A stretch of 64,000 bases of DNA from a virus, in IMG/VR virus record IMGVR_UViG_3300046804_001743, positions 1 to 64,000 of that record, one strand, 5' to 3'. Below are positions 10,372-20,077 of this stretch, one piece after another. Numbering within the stretch: the first letter of the stretch is position 1; each line of letters starts with the position of its first letter. Both the position numbers and the translations under genes were made by a program. The notes beneath the pieces were generated by a model, which was not told the DNA's origin, made no database searches, and saw nothing but the letters and a program-made list of their open reading frames with translations.

Positions 10372-10984
10372 GATTACGCATAGACTGCTGGTACATTACT
10401 TCTAAATTATAATGTGTTTCCGTACGCACAGTTTCGTTTAATCTAAACCTAGCAGTTTCGTGTACTATTGCATCCATGTATTTTGTTTCTATTAACGGAT
10501 TAGACGATGAGATGCACCCATACCAATCAATAGTTTTCATAGTTCCGCTCTTATCTAAAAAATGACAATGCGGATACATTGTAAGTTTATAAATTCCTTC
10601 GTGAACTAAATCTAACATAATGTTCTTGAGGGGCTCACGCCATTCGACATGTTCTCCTCTATGTAGCATTTCATTAAAGGTGTAACCGTTCCATTCAAAA
10701 AATATTTTTTTATTTTTGTAATCGATATCTAAGATGTTTGGTGCATACTGCTTATGTTTAAATTTTAGCAGATGATTAACTTCGTTTTGAAAGAACCACT
10801 CACACACTTCTTCATTATACAAATCTCTAGTTTCATACAATCTTTGATATTTGTTTTGCCAGTCATAGTTTGCACAAAACACAGTCCTGTCTGGACTAAT
10901 CAAAGGTTCGTAAGTTTGTTGTGCAAGACATAGCTCGCCATCGTCACCGTACTTAAAGAAAGGTTTCCAATTATCAATGTTCAC
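10310..10984 (-). CDS. hypothetical protein (possible kinase-like fold)
   Basis: ORF only. The HCHFLDKSG segment gives a weak kinase-like hint. Confidence 0.35.
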   Translation of the reverse strand: MNIDNWKPFFKYGDDGELCLAQQTYEPLISPDRTVFCANYDWQNKYQRLYETRDLYNEEVCEWFFQNEVNHLLKFKHKQYAPNILDIDYKNKKIFFEWNGYTFNEMLHRGEHVEWREPLKNIMLDLVHEGIYKLTMYPHCHFLDKSGTMKTIDWYGCISSSNPLIETKYMDAIVHETARFRLNETVRTETHYNLEVMYQQSMRNHVKWAGETLEYIYGEIRWNN

Positions 10985-11645
10985 GCTTAACTTTGAACCT
11001 TCTTAAATCTAAGTCTTGTAATTCTTCTACTACATGTTCTGCCAGACCAAAAGTAACAACTGTATCCTTATAGGAAAAGTTATCTAATGTACCTTCTTGA
11101 TTCTTGCGATTAAGCCAGGGGCTTATAATTGTATCGAATTGATAACGATAATCAAACTGTTCGTAAGCAGGTGTAATTTCAAAATTTATTAAATTTGTAA
11201 AATGACTATGTTTTAAAGGTTCTCTTACTACTAACTGTTTACGAGCAACACTACCATAATTTCCTGCTGTATGAATTTTATTAGCAAACATATAGCGCCA
11301 ATGCCCGTCTAGACGTTGGTTGTACATTTGCTGTTCTTCTAAGTCTATCAAAAAGGAATGTACTCCTGATAAGTTTAAATGCCAGCGATTGTCTATGTCG
11401 GCATGTGCCATATAACTTTGATTAGGCTCAAGCGTGATGACACGAGCCTCTCCTATTGTATATGGAAGCGTTCCTAAAACCTGCTCCCAAGGAGTACCTC
11501 TATATTCTTCTTTGAGTTCCCATTTATCATAAAAGAAGTTTCCTGTAGGCTTGTTAAGTGCTACACGTTCTCCTTCTAAAGGATGTTCAGTTAAGGCTTG
11601 TTGAATTAACTCTTTTGGGCATTGCCACATGGTTACGTTTATCAT
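10974..11645 (-). CDS. cupin-type oxygenase-like protein
   Basis: AHADIDNRWH ... IHTAGNYGS matches the HxD...HxAGxNxG family signature. Confidence 0.45.
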   Translation of the reverse strand: MINVTMWQCPKELIQQALTEHPLEGERVALNKPTGNFFYDKWELKEEYRGTPWEQVLGTLPYTIGEARVITLEPNQSYMAHADIDNRWHLNLSGVHSFLIDLEEQQMYNQRLDGHWRYMFANKIHTAGNYGSVARKQLVVREPLKHSHFTNLINFEITPAYEQFDYRYQFDTIISPWLNRKNQEGTLDNFSYKDTVVTFGLAEHVVEELQDLDLRRFKVKREH

Positions 11646-11684
11646 GAAATATTTATATGCTACTATAACTCACTTAAATATATC

Positions 11685-12362
11685 ATGGATTTGTATCTAA
11701 ACCCAAAATGGACAAAGATTGGCATCAGCATCAGCGGAGGTGCTGATAGTGCATTATTGGCATTTTTAATATGTTCCAATACCAGTGCTGACATTCATTT
11801 TACAAATCAAATTAGACTTTGGAAAACTCGTCCATGGCAAGAGTATGTAGCCGACAATGTTATTAATTGGTTTAAAGATCGATTCACAAATAATTTTTAT
11901 GTACACAAGAATCTAATACCTCCTGAATTAGAATGGGCTGACAAAGGTCCAACTATAGTTGACGAATATGGAAAGTTAAAAAGTGGTAACCAAATTATAT
12001 TAAGATCCCACAACGAGTACATTGCACACAAATATAACCTAGAAGCGTTATATGGCGGTATTAATAAGAATCCAGATATTGATATCGAAGGATCGTTAGA
12101 TGACAGAAACGAAGGGCATATACCTCCGCACTTTGTACATAACGGTATTGACATTTGTCACCCATTTGTGTATACTAGAAAAGATTGGATAATCAAACAG
12201 TATTACAAACACAACATCTTGGATTTGCTAGAACTCACTCGCAGTTGCGAAGGAGAGTTTGAAGGAATAGATTATACAACTTATACACCTGGACAATATG
12301 TTCCTGTTTGTAAAAAATGTTTTTGGTGCAAGGAAAGAGAATGGGCTCACCAAGGCTTATAA
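11685..12362 (+). CDS. PP-loop ATP pyrophosphatase (QueC/TilS-like adenine-nucleotide alpha hydrolase)
   Basis: KIGISISGGADSALLA is the SGGxDS PP-loop. The start could be upstream (the ORF is open from 11622). Confidence 0.6.
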   Translation: MDLYLNPKWTKIGISISGGADSALLAFLICSNTSADIHFTNQIRLWKTRPWQEYVADNVINWFKDRFTNNFYVHKNLIPPELEWADKGPTIVDEYGKLKSGNQIILRSHNEYIAHKYNLEALYGGINKNPDIDIEGSLDDRNEGHIPPHFVHNGIDICHPFVYTRKDWIIKQYYKHNILDLLELTRSCEGEFEGIDYTTYTPGQYVPVCKKCFWCKEREWAHQGL

Positions 12363-12961
12363 CATTCGGATGCTCATATACATTTGGTCAAGCGTTGCCT
12401 GACACAGATGGGTCATATCCTAGCAACATGGCATGGCCTAAGATATTAGGCAATATGCTAGACAGAAATGTAATTAATAAAGGAAGACCTGGTTCTAGTA
12501 ATCTTGAAATCTTGTTTAGCTTACTAAATTTTTCTTTTAAGAAAGACGATATAGTAGTAATAGGTTGGACTCATGTTAACAGAGATTACATTTTTAATAA
12601 AACTAAAAATATAGCGTTAGGTGCATGGTCGGATGATAACATTTTAAGTAACTGGGTGCAAGTGCATAACGATTACGATTTGTCAGTTAGGTCAGGACTC
12701 TATATACATCATGCAGAATTATTTTTAGATTCGTTAGGAATAAGGCAGTATCATTTTCGAGCAATCGGATCGGCCACTTTTGTAGATAAAATAGTAAATG
12801 CTTTCACAGAAATTAAACCTCTTTATACTAATAAACTTAAACATCAGATAAAGAAAAGAATTTTATACAAAAAAGATCTAGCGTTAGATAATGCCCATCC
12901 GGGAGTAGAATCGCACTTACATGCCGCTAAAGAACTTTACAAGATAATAAATGAACAGTAA
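12341..12961 (+). CDS. SGNH-like hydrolase/acyltransferase, variant GCS motif
   Basis: LITFGCSYTFGQ (block I with Cys in place of Asp) and DNAHPGVESH (block V DxxHP). AAGGAAAGAGA RBS before the ATG. Confidence 0.5.
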   Translation: MGSPRLITFGCSYTFGQALPDTDGSYPSNMAWPKILGNMLDRNVINKGRPGSSNLEILFSLLNFSFKKDDIVVIGWTHVNRDYIFNKTKNIALGAWSDDNILSNWVQVHNDYDLSVRSGLYIHHAELFLDSLGIRQYHFRAIGSATFVDKIVNAFTEIKPLYTNKLKHQIKKRILYKKDLALDNAHPGVESHLHAAKELYKIINEQ

Positions 12962-14210
12962 AACATTTTGTATGCATCCTTTTACAGGATTAGCCACTAG
13001 AGAAGATGGAGCAATTAAAATATGCTGCCGCAGTCAACCTATTGGCTGGATACAGGAACAAAGCCTAGAAGAAGCATGGAACGGCGACAACATGAGACTA
13101 GTTCGCCAGCAGGTACTTTCAAACGAAAGACCAGAGGTATGCAAGCCATGTTTTGATCTTGAAGACCAAGGTGTAGAAAGTTTACGCCAACGTCATATTA
13201 AAGGCGAAATACCAGAAGCAAGGATAAACCTGTATCCACACGCTTTAGAAAAATTACATCCAGAAATGACCATGCCGTTTGAATTTCCTACTATGGAAAT
13301 TAAACTCAACAACTTGTGTAATTTAAAGTGCCGTATGTGTAACCCATTAGACAGCACTAACTGGAAAGATTGGGATTCTGTCGTTCCTTTCTATAAAAAA
13401 GAAAATAACTATCTTGTTCCAACTATAGAAAAATTAGTTAAGACACCTGGGCAATATATTGGCCCGTTTGACGATACAGATAACTGGTGGGCTAGTTTTG
13501 AAAAACTATTGCCGCACTTTAGACGTGTAGAGTTTGCTGGCGGTGAACCGCTAATGGATCCTCAACACTATAAAATTTTAGATATGTTAAAACCTTATGG
13601 TAGCAACATTGAAATTAAGTATGCCACAAACGGCACTACATTAGGAATTAGCAAAGGAAGAACTATTCATGACTACTGGCCTCATTTTAGAAGCGTTGCC
13701 GTTAACGTCAGCATTGACGGCATTCACAATGTTTACAATTACATTCGTGGCAACGGTGACTTTAATCAAGTTGAAGAAAATATTAAAGAAATAAAAAAGA
13801 TACCAAACGTAAGTCGTGTAGTCGGTGCGTTTACAGCACAAGCAGGCAACATACTACAAGCGGCGGCCTGCATTGATTACTTTCTTAACAAGTTAGGCAT
13901 TGTGTTCTATAGTCATAGGGTAAGTTATCCCAATGTACTTTCAGCACAGGTGTTACCTAATGAATTGAAACAAGTAGCAATTAACAGATTGCGAGAAATT
14001 AGTATGCGTGTTTCCACATTTGATATTGTTAAGCAACATCCTATATTAGAAAAAATTACACAACAACAGATACAGGACAATATTAATTACCTACAAGCAA
14101 AAGATGAAAGCCATCGTTGGCAAGAATTTTTAGAATTTAATCGTGCGTTAGATGCTACACGCAACCAAAGCCTTTTAGATACTGTTCCAGAGTTTAAAGC
14201 GTATGTATAA
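12951..14210 (+). CDS. radical SAM enzyme with Cys-rich N-terminal domain
   Basis: FCMHPF...ICCRSQP...CKPCFDLEDQGVESLRQ N-terminal domain, then CNLKCRMC and FAGGEPLMD. Confidence 0.8.
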   Translation: MNSKTFCMHPFTGLATREDGAIKICCRSQPIGWIQEQSLEEAWNGDNMRLVRQQVLSNERPEVCKPCFDLEDQGVESLRQRHIKGEIPEARINLYPHALEKLHPEMTMPFEFPTMEIKLNNLCNLKCRMCNPLDSTNWKDWDSVVPFYKKENNYLVPTIEKLVKTPGQYIGPFDDTDNWWASFEKLLPHFRRVEFAGGEPLMDPQHYKILDMLKPYGSNIEIKYATNGTTLGISKGRTIHDYWPHFRSVAVNVSIDGIHNVYNYIRGNGDFNQVEENIKEIKKIPNVSRVVGAFTAQAGNILQAAACIDYFLNKLGIVFYSHRVSYPNVLSAQVLPNELKQVAINRLREISMRVSTFDIVKQHPILEKITQQQIQDNINYLQAKDESHRWQEFLEFNRALDATRNQSLLDTVPEFKAYV

Positions 14211-15087
14211 AGTTACTAGTCGCTGGCCTCACCAAACAAGCATTAAGGTAGAATGGAACCTTGGCAAACGCTGTAACTACGATTGTAGTTATTGTCCTGC
14301 GGCAATACACGACAACACTAGCCCGCATACTGATATTGAGATACTCAAAAAAACTATTGATAAGTTACAAACATTGGGTAAACCTATACGTCTAAGTTTT
14401 ACAGGCGGGGAGCCTTGTGTACATCCTAAGTTCCAAGAACTAATAACTTATGCAAGGTATAAAAATATTTCTTGGATTAGTGTAACTACAAATGGTACTC
14501 GCCCGTATGAGTTCTATCGTATAATACCAGTTAACCAATGGGTGTTTAGTATACACTTAGAATACGACTGGATGCGTGTAATAAACACATTAACAAAATT
14601 AGCAGACAAAACAAATTTTAAATTAATTGGACAAATTATGGCACATCATGATCATATGGGTTCGGCTAAAATTGTTAAGGGTATGTTAGATCAGTATCAA
14701 ATACCTAATACAGTTAGGCGCATACGTTGGACAGAAGGAGACCATGATTTGTTCGATGATATGCGTTATCATCCAGATGACTTAAACTGGATTAAGGAAC
14801 AGGATGCTACTATATCAGGTAACTGTATAATTGATGATAAAGATGTTATACATAGTAATGACGTTATTAAGCTACACCTAAACAAGTATAAAGACTGGTC
14901 CTGCAATGCAGGCATAGAAAGTTTAATGATTAACTGGGACGGCGAGGTTCATCGTGCTACTTGTCGTGTTGGCGGAAGTTTAGGTAACATATACGACGGC
15001 ACATTTGCCCAACCAGAAGATCCTGTTATATGTACTAGAAATTTTTGTACCTGTGCCGCTGACATACCTATAACAAAATTAAAATGA
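14203..15087 (+). CDS. radical SAM / SPASM-twitch domain enzyme
   Basis: CNYDCSYC and FTGGEPCVHP. C-terminal W.CNAG...CRVGG...C....C.C is a SPASM-like cysteine pattern. Confidence 0.8.
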   Translation: MYKVTSRWPHQTSIKVEWNLGKRCNYDCSYCPAAIHDNTSPHTDIEILKKTIDKLQTLGKPIRLSFTGGEPCVHPKFQELITYARYKNISWISVTTNGTRPYEFYRIIPVNQWVFSIHLEYDWMRVINTLTKLADKTNFKLIGQIMAHHDHMGSAKIVKGMLDQYQIPNTVRRIRWTEGDHDLFDDMRYHPDDLNWIKEQDATISGNCIIDDKDVIHSNDVIKLHLNKYKDWSCNAGIESLMINWDGEVHRATCRVGGSLGNIYDGTFAQPEDPVICTRNFCTCAADIPITKLK

Positions 15088-16181
15088 TTAATACTACTGC
15101 TATAAGACTTAAAACACCCGAGTCCTTAATGGTCACTTGGGATATCATTAGAAGGTGTAATCTAGATTGTACATACTGCGAATCTACACGGCATGACAAT
15201 CGAAGTCCGCTACCTTCTTTAGAGGAATTAATAACTACATTCGACTTTGTAAAAAAATATACTGATTTGTACAATAGCCAGCGTGTTGACAAAATTGGAA
15301 CTAACATCGATTTCACGGGTGGCGAACCGACTATTAATCCTGCGTTCTGGTCTTTGATTGATTACATTAAACAGCATAAAGATTTTAGATTAAGTCTAAC
15401 AACAAACGGTACATGGGGACCTTCATTTACAGAAAAGATATTAGACAACTTTGGCCATGCAACAATTAGTTGGCATGCAGAAGATGCATTAAAAGAACGC
15501 ACAGTTAAAAATATTCTAGATTTGCATGAGGCTAATATTGGGTTACAGGCTAATGTAATGTTGCATTGTGACTACTTTGATGAAGCAACTGCTCTATGTG
15601 AAATGTTTCGAGACAAAGGAATTAAAGTAAATCCAGTACCTATCGGCGATGGTAACTTAGTTCGTAAGGGGTGGTTTATTGATGCCGATGGTACTAACAG
15701 AAGAACCAGTCATGAGTATACAGAAAAACAACAGGATTGGTTTTACAATTGGATGGGGCAACCTAGAAAGGCCACGGCATCAGCAGAAGGAACTAATGTA
15801 GGGAGAGCTTGCTGTGGTGGTAGATGCACACAGGGGCTAGTTAACGGAGAGTGGCAAGAAGTTAAATTAGTTAACAATTGGTTTAAAGATTGGTACTGTA
15901 CTGTTAATTGGTATTTCTTGCACATTGAACAAAACACAGGAAAAGTTTTCCATCATCAAACTTGTCAGGCAACACATACTGGTAGGGGGCCAATTGGAAA
16001 TCTTAACAACACAGAGTCTATTCTCAGCAACGTCAGAGAGATGTTGTCAGGCTCAGTTAAACCTATTGTATGTCCTAATCAGAGATGTGGTTGCGGAATG
16101 TGTGTACCAAAAGCCAAAGACATTAGCGTGTTTAAAGAGCTTTGGAGTTCTACTACAACTATACCGATTTTATTGGAATAA
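15084..16181 (+). CDS. radical SAM / SPASM domain enzyme
   Basis: CNLDCTYC and FTGGEPTINP. Many C-terminal cysteines (CCGGRC...CPNQRCGCGMC). Confidence 0.8.
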   Translation: MINTTAIRLKTPESLMVTWDIIRRCNLDCTYCESTRHDNRSPLPSLEELITTFDFVKKYTDLYNSQRVDKIGTNIDFTGGEPTINPAFWSLIDYIKQHKDFRLSLTTNGTWGPSFTEKILDNFGHATISWHAEDALKERTVKNILDLHEANIGLQANVMLHCDYFDEATALCEMFRDKGIKVNPVPIGDGNLVRKGWFIDADGTNRRTSHEYTEKQQDWFYNWMGQPRKATASAEGTNVGRACCGGRCTQGLVNGEWQEVKLVNNWFKDWYCTVNWYFLHIEQNTGKVFHHQTCQATHTGRGPIGNLNNTESILSNVREMLSGSVKPIVCPNQRCGCGMCVPKAKDISVFKELWSSTTTIPILLE

Positions 16182-17133
16182 ATTTAGAAATTTGTATTTC
16201 GCCGCCGCACATACAAACATCTTTGTTACACACGATTGATGTAATCTTAGGTTTAAATTTATTTACAAACTCTGGATCGTAAATGTTGTAGTGAAATGCT
16301 TCGTTGTAGATTTTTTGTTTACAAGTACCAGCAATAACACCGTCCTGAAACACCTCTATGTAATCTACACCAAGGTTACAATTCCATCCTTTGAACCTAT
16401 TTAGGTTATTTAAGAATAGCCAGTTATCTTCGACTAAAGTTTTCTTCCCATCGATAACAGCCCACAGCCTTCTGCGTTTACTTACTTTTAAACTGAACCA
16501 CCAAAATAAATTAGGCCAGCGTTTTAATTGTACAGAAAGATATTTCATCTGTTCTTCGTCATGCAAAGACTGGCCGTTGATCTGCACAGCCTTAGCAACT
16601 ATAGGCCAACGCTTTTTACTTTTTCGTAACTGTTCAATTAGACCTTTACATTTGTCAAATGCAAACGGATCCATTAGCACATTAGCTACTATATTGTTCT
16701 TGTTAGTATACAAAAAGTCAGCAACTTCTATAATGTGATCTATCTTTGCGTATTCGTGGTGTACAGATATTTCAACTACATCAAAGCAGTTAGCATTTTC
16801 TTGCCACCAGTTTAATTTCCTTGTTGCATTTGTAGATATTTTAATTATGACATCATAGTTGGCTTTTAGGTGATTACAAAATTTTGGCAGGTCTTTCCAT
16901 AATGTAGTTTCGCCACCAATGATAAAAAATTCAAATTTATTCTTTCCCTGTTGCTTGTATGTGTTAAGCAAGTGATCAAAGTTCTTGATAAGTAAATCAA
17001 CGTCCGGCCATGGAACATTACCTTCATTACTTCCCGGAAAACAATAGTGGCACTTATAATTACAAAGGTTGCCGGGCATGTATTCGATCCTAAGTAGGTC
17101 AGGTTCGTCGTTATTAATAATCTGTGTAATCAT
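16159..17133 (-). CDS. radical SAM / SPASM-twitch domain enzyme
   Basis: CNYKCHYC and IIGGETTLW. C-terminal WNCNLG...C...CNKDVCMCGG. Its 3' end overlaps the convergent 15084 gene by 23 nt. Confidence 0.8.
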   Translation of the reverse strand: MITQIINNDEPDLLRIEYMPGNLCNYKCHYCFPGSNEGNVPWPDVDLLIKNFDHLLNTYKQQGKNKFEFFIIGGETTLWKDLPKFCNHLKANYDVIIKISTNATRKLNWWQENANCFDVVEISVHHEYAKIDHIIEVADFLYTNKNNIVANVLMDPFAFDKCKGLIEQLRKSKKRWPIVAKAVQINGQSLHDEEQMKYLSVQLKRWPNLFWWFSLKVSKRRRLWAVIDGKKTLVEDNWLFLNNLNRFKGWNCNLGVDYIEVFQDGVIAGTCKQKIYNEAFHYNIYDPEFVNKFKPKITSIVCNKDVCMCGGEIQISKFIPIKSV

Positions 17134-18512
17134 AATAGATGTGCTAGTTCCGGAAATATTTCTTTGAAAGAAGTACCACGCAACTTATCTAATCTCTCTA
17201 TATACTCTTTAAATGCTAGCAATTGACTGCTATGATCTTCAGCATCCATAAAGTCTAATACTGCTTGCCATCGCTTCCAACCATATGGATTCTTTTTCCA
17301 GAAGTCTTCATCTTGCCTATAATTTTCGTATAACCAATTAGCTAGCTCGGCAAAACTTCTACGGACTTCTGCTTTATCCTCTGCAGGTAAACATCTAATG
17401 CTTAGGAATGTTGGAATATACAACAAGTGCATATTGACAATTCCGCCGCCTGCTTGGATACCGCCCGTTACATTTTCTAAGTTAATCTTCTTAAAATTCT
17501 GTGTAATTTTCCACTTGGCAAAATCTGCTAAATGCTTGATGTTTAAAATTTGTATAGCAGTAGCAATTGATACTTGTATATTGTCAGGAGTGTTATCTAA
17601 CTTATGTAAATTCTTTTCAATGGTATTCCAATCACTAGGGTAGCGAATGTAATAGTTGCGGTCACCTACTGCGTCTATGCTAAAACCAACTTTAACTTTT
17701 TTAAACTGTTTCCAGAGATCAATAATTTCGTCGTCAACAAGCAATCCGTTTGTGTTATATCTTACAAGTATTTTGTCTGCATATCCTTGCCTGATAATTT
17801 CCTCTAAGAACCACTTATGTTCTCTAATCATTAATGGTTCGCCACCGGCAAAGTATACTTGTTTTAAGTTTGGAATCTGTGCATACATTTCTTTCCAGAA
17901 GTCTGGATTCTCATGCCAGAAATTATTAAAGTCTTTTCGATCCCATTGCATCTGTTCTTTAAGTTCTTTGGCTTGGAATAAAGGGTAAATCTTTTTATGA
18001 TCTGCTACCCATTGACTACTATCATGTGGACTGCACATAACACACTTTAAATTGCAAGTGTGCCCTAAACGCAAATCTAAGTAAACAAGTTTTTCTGGTA
18101 CTGTGCCATCTTCTTGTGTTTGGGTGATGAGCTCAGGAATATCAATTCCTTCTTCCATCCAGGACCCTGTTTCCCAGATGCGCTTGCTAGCAACACCTTT
18201 TGATTCTTCAGCAATACACTTACTACAACTAGCAGGAATTTTTCCTTCTAGCATAGTCAAACGTACATCACGCATATATTCATTATTCCATGCGCTCATA
18301 GGAGTTTCTTTGCCGAAGTTAGCAGGAACTCCTTTTTCATTTTTAACTAAACCCACTGTATGGTTTTCACCTGCTCCACTGGCATTGGCACTACAGCATA
18401 GTCGCATGTCTCCATTTGGCCGTGTGGCAAAGTGTATCCATGGCAATATGCAGAAAGTTTTGCTTCCTGATGCGGCTTCAATTTTATCTTGCCAGTGCTT
18501 AATTGTGTTCAT
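17130..18512 (-). CDS. radical SAM enzyme with Cys-rich N-terminal domain
   Basis: TFCILPW...LCCSANAS...CSKCIAEESKGVASKR, then CNLKCVMC and FAGGEPLMI. Confidence 0.8.
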   Translation of the reverse strand: MNTIKHWQDKIEAASGSKTFCILPWIHFATRPNGDMRLCCSANASGAGENHTVGLVKNEKGVPANFGKETPMSAWNNEYMRDVRLTMLEGKIPASCSKCIAEESKGVASKRIWETGSWMEEGIDIPELITQTQEDGTVPEKLVYLDLRLGHTCNLKCVMCSPHDSSQWVADHKKIYPLFQAKELKEQMQWDRKDFNNFWHENPDFWKEMYAQIPNLKQVYFAGGEPLMIREHKWFLEEIIRQGYADKILVRYNTNGLLVDDEIIDLWKQFKKVKVGFSIDAVGDRNYYIRYPSDWNTIEKNLHKLDNTPDNIQVSIATAIQILNIKHLADFAKWKITQNFKKINLENVTGGIQAGGGIVNMHLLYIPTFLSIRCLPAEDKAEVRRSFAELANWLYENYRQDEDFWKKNPYGWKRWQAVLDFMDAEDHSSQLLAFKEYIERLDKLRGTSFKEIFPELAHLL

Positions 18513-19110
18513 TTTGTGTACCAATTATCATAAATCTTTTATATAAAGGCAGTTCTAATTCGCCTGCCCATAGGACATGAATGCCGCATTGTGTTTTAAA
18601 TTCTTCTAAGTCTTTAGCGATACGAACATGTTCTGGTATGTTGTAATTATTACTTTGTAATACTAGCAGGCTGTTGTGAGGATGCCCACTTAACCATTCT
18701 TCGTACTGTTCCTGTGTTATGTGTTCGCAACTGGTATTGATAATAATATCAGCATCACTACGCATAGTACACATATCGGCGGTTACTGCACGAAACCTTC
18801 CTGATTCAAATTCCATTTGATTCATACGGTTAGCAATCGCTTCACAGTCTGGATCAATGTCAATACTTCTAATGTTGTTAACAAAAAGCTCACTTTGAAA
18901 TATAAGGCTTGCTAGTGTCCCCACCCAGCCACCGTGAATATCAATGCTAGGCCAAGTTTTAAAATTACCTCGTTGTTTAACTAATTCTTTAATGAGCCAT
19001 TCCTTACTGCTCATTTGTCCTCGCCAGAAAGCATCAAGGGTCCGCATAGGGTCCTTGCTCTCACGGATGGCACACATCCAATGATGTAGGTGTTCTGTAT
19101 CAACTAACAA
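18499..19110 (-). CDS. putative SAM-dependent methyltransferase
   Basis: IDIHGGWVGTLA (glycine-rich motif I-like) followed by IRSIDIDPD (acidic motif II-like). Confidence 0.4.
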   Translation of the reverse strand: MLVDTEHLHHWMCAIRESKDPMRTLDAFWRGQMSSKEWLIKELVKQRGNFKTWPSIDIHGGWVGTLASLIFQSELFVNNIRSIDIDPDCEAIANRMNQMEFESGRFRAVTADMCTMRSDADIIINTSCEHITQEQYEEWLSGHPHNSLLVLQSNNYNIPEHVRIAKDLEEFKTQCGIHVLWAGELELPLYKRFMIIGTQNEHN

Positions 19111-20077
19111 ATTGTGCTCCTAGTTTATCAAACTTGCCGCATTGTTTACTGCATTCTATTAAAGGCTTTACTGCCCATGTGTCTTCTATCTTTTTAAAGA
19201 ATCCTAGATTAAAGATTTCTTCTAGTGTATTTTGTGTTAGGCTAGGAAATATCCCTATGGCATCCATATACTCAACACGATTATCTTGGTTAGGCAGTTG
19301 CCAAGAAAAGTCTAACCAACAGCAAGGACTTACTATGCCGTTAGCACTAATATAAATCTGTTTGTACTTTTGTGCCTTACATTGTATCTCAGCAGACTCA
19401 ATGTTTATTACCTTAGGCGTGTAACTTTTACTAATTTCTGTAGGATATAAAATGTGTGTGGTCTTGCCCGACTCGTCTAATACATTAAATTTTCCATCTT
19501 TAAAACGGCTAGTGTGTTTTACTTGGAAATGTTTAAATCCTAATAGTTGGCTCATTTCCCTGCAGATGTCTACCTCATTTTCGTTATGTTCAAACACTAG
19601 CATATCCCAAGTTGCTTCACCACCTGCTTTAATAAACAATTTTGCGTTGTCTAAAATCTTAACCCAGTCAGTGCCCACACGATACAATGCGTGTGTGTTA
19701 ATTAATCCATCTATACCAAACCTAACTTGTACACCCACGGCTGCGAGCCCCTTCCAGAACTGCCAGCTTCTGGCACTTCCGTTAGTATTCATGCTTAAAC
19801 GAATTGTAGGATTTGTTTCTCTCAAGTACTGAAATATTTTTAGACAATCTTGTGCTATAATAGGATCACCTAAATTGCCGCACATAAACAAACTGTCTAA
19901 CTGTTTTATAAAACTAACAGGGAACCATTCTTTAAATTGCTCTAGGGTTATTTCATTTAACGACATAAGAGGATTAATGGGACCACCATTGATGCGGCGT
20001 GGACACATTGGACAACGTGCTTGGCACTTGCTAGTCAATTCTAAGTGTACGTCTCTAATATCTTCTAGTTTATACAT
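19100..20077 (-). CDS. radical SAM enzyme (Cys-rich C-terminus)
   Basis: CQARCPMC near the N-terminus and GNLGDPI. C-terminal CCW...C...C cysteines. Confidence 0.75.
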   Translation of the reverse strand: MYKLEDIRDVHLELTSKCQARCPMCPRRINGGPINPLMSLNEITLEQFKEWFPVSFIKQLDSLFMCGNLGDPIIAQDCLKIFQYLRETNPTIRLSMNTNGSARSWQFWKGLAAVGVQVRFGIDGLINTHALYRVGTDWVKILDNAKLFIKAGGEATWDMLVFEHNENEVDICREMSQLLGFKHFQVKHTSRFKDGKFNVLDESGKTTHILYPTEISKSYTPKVINIESAEIQCKAQKYKQIYISANGIVSPCCWLDFSWQLPNQDNRVEYMDAIGIFPSLTQNTLEEIFNLGFFKKIEDTWAVKPLIECSKQCGKFDKLGAQFVS

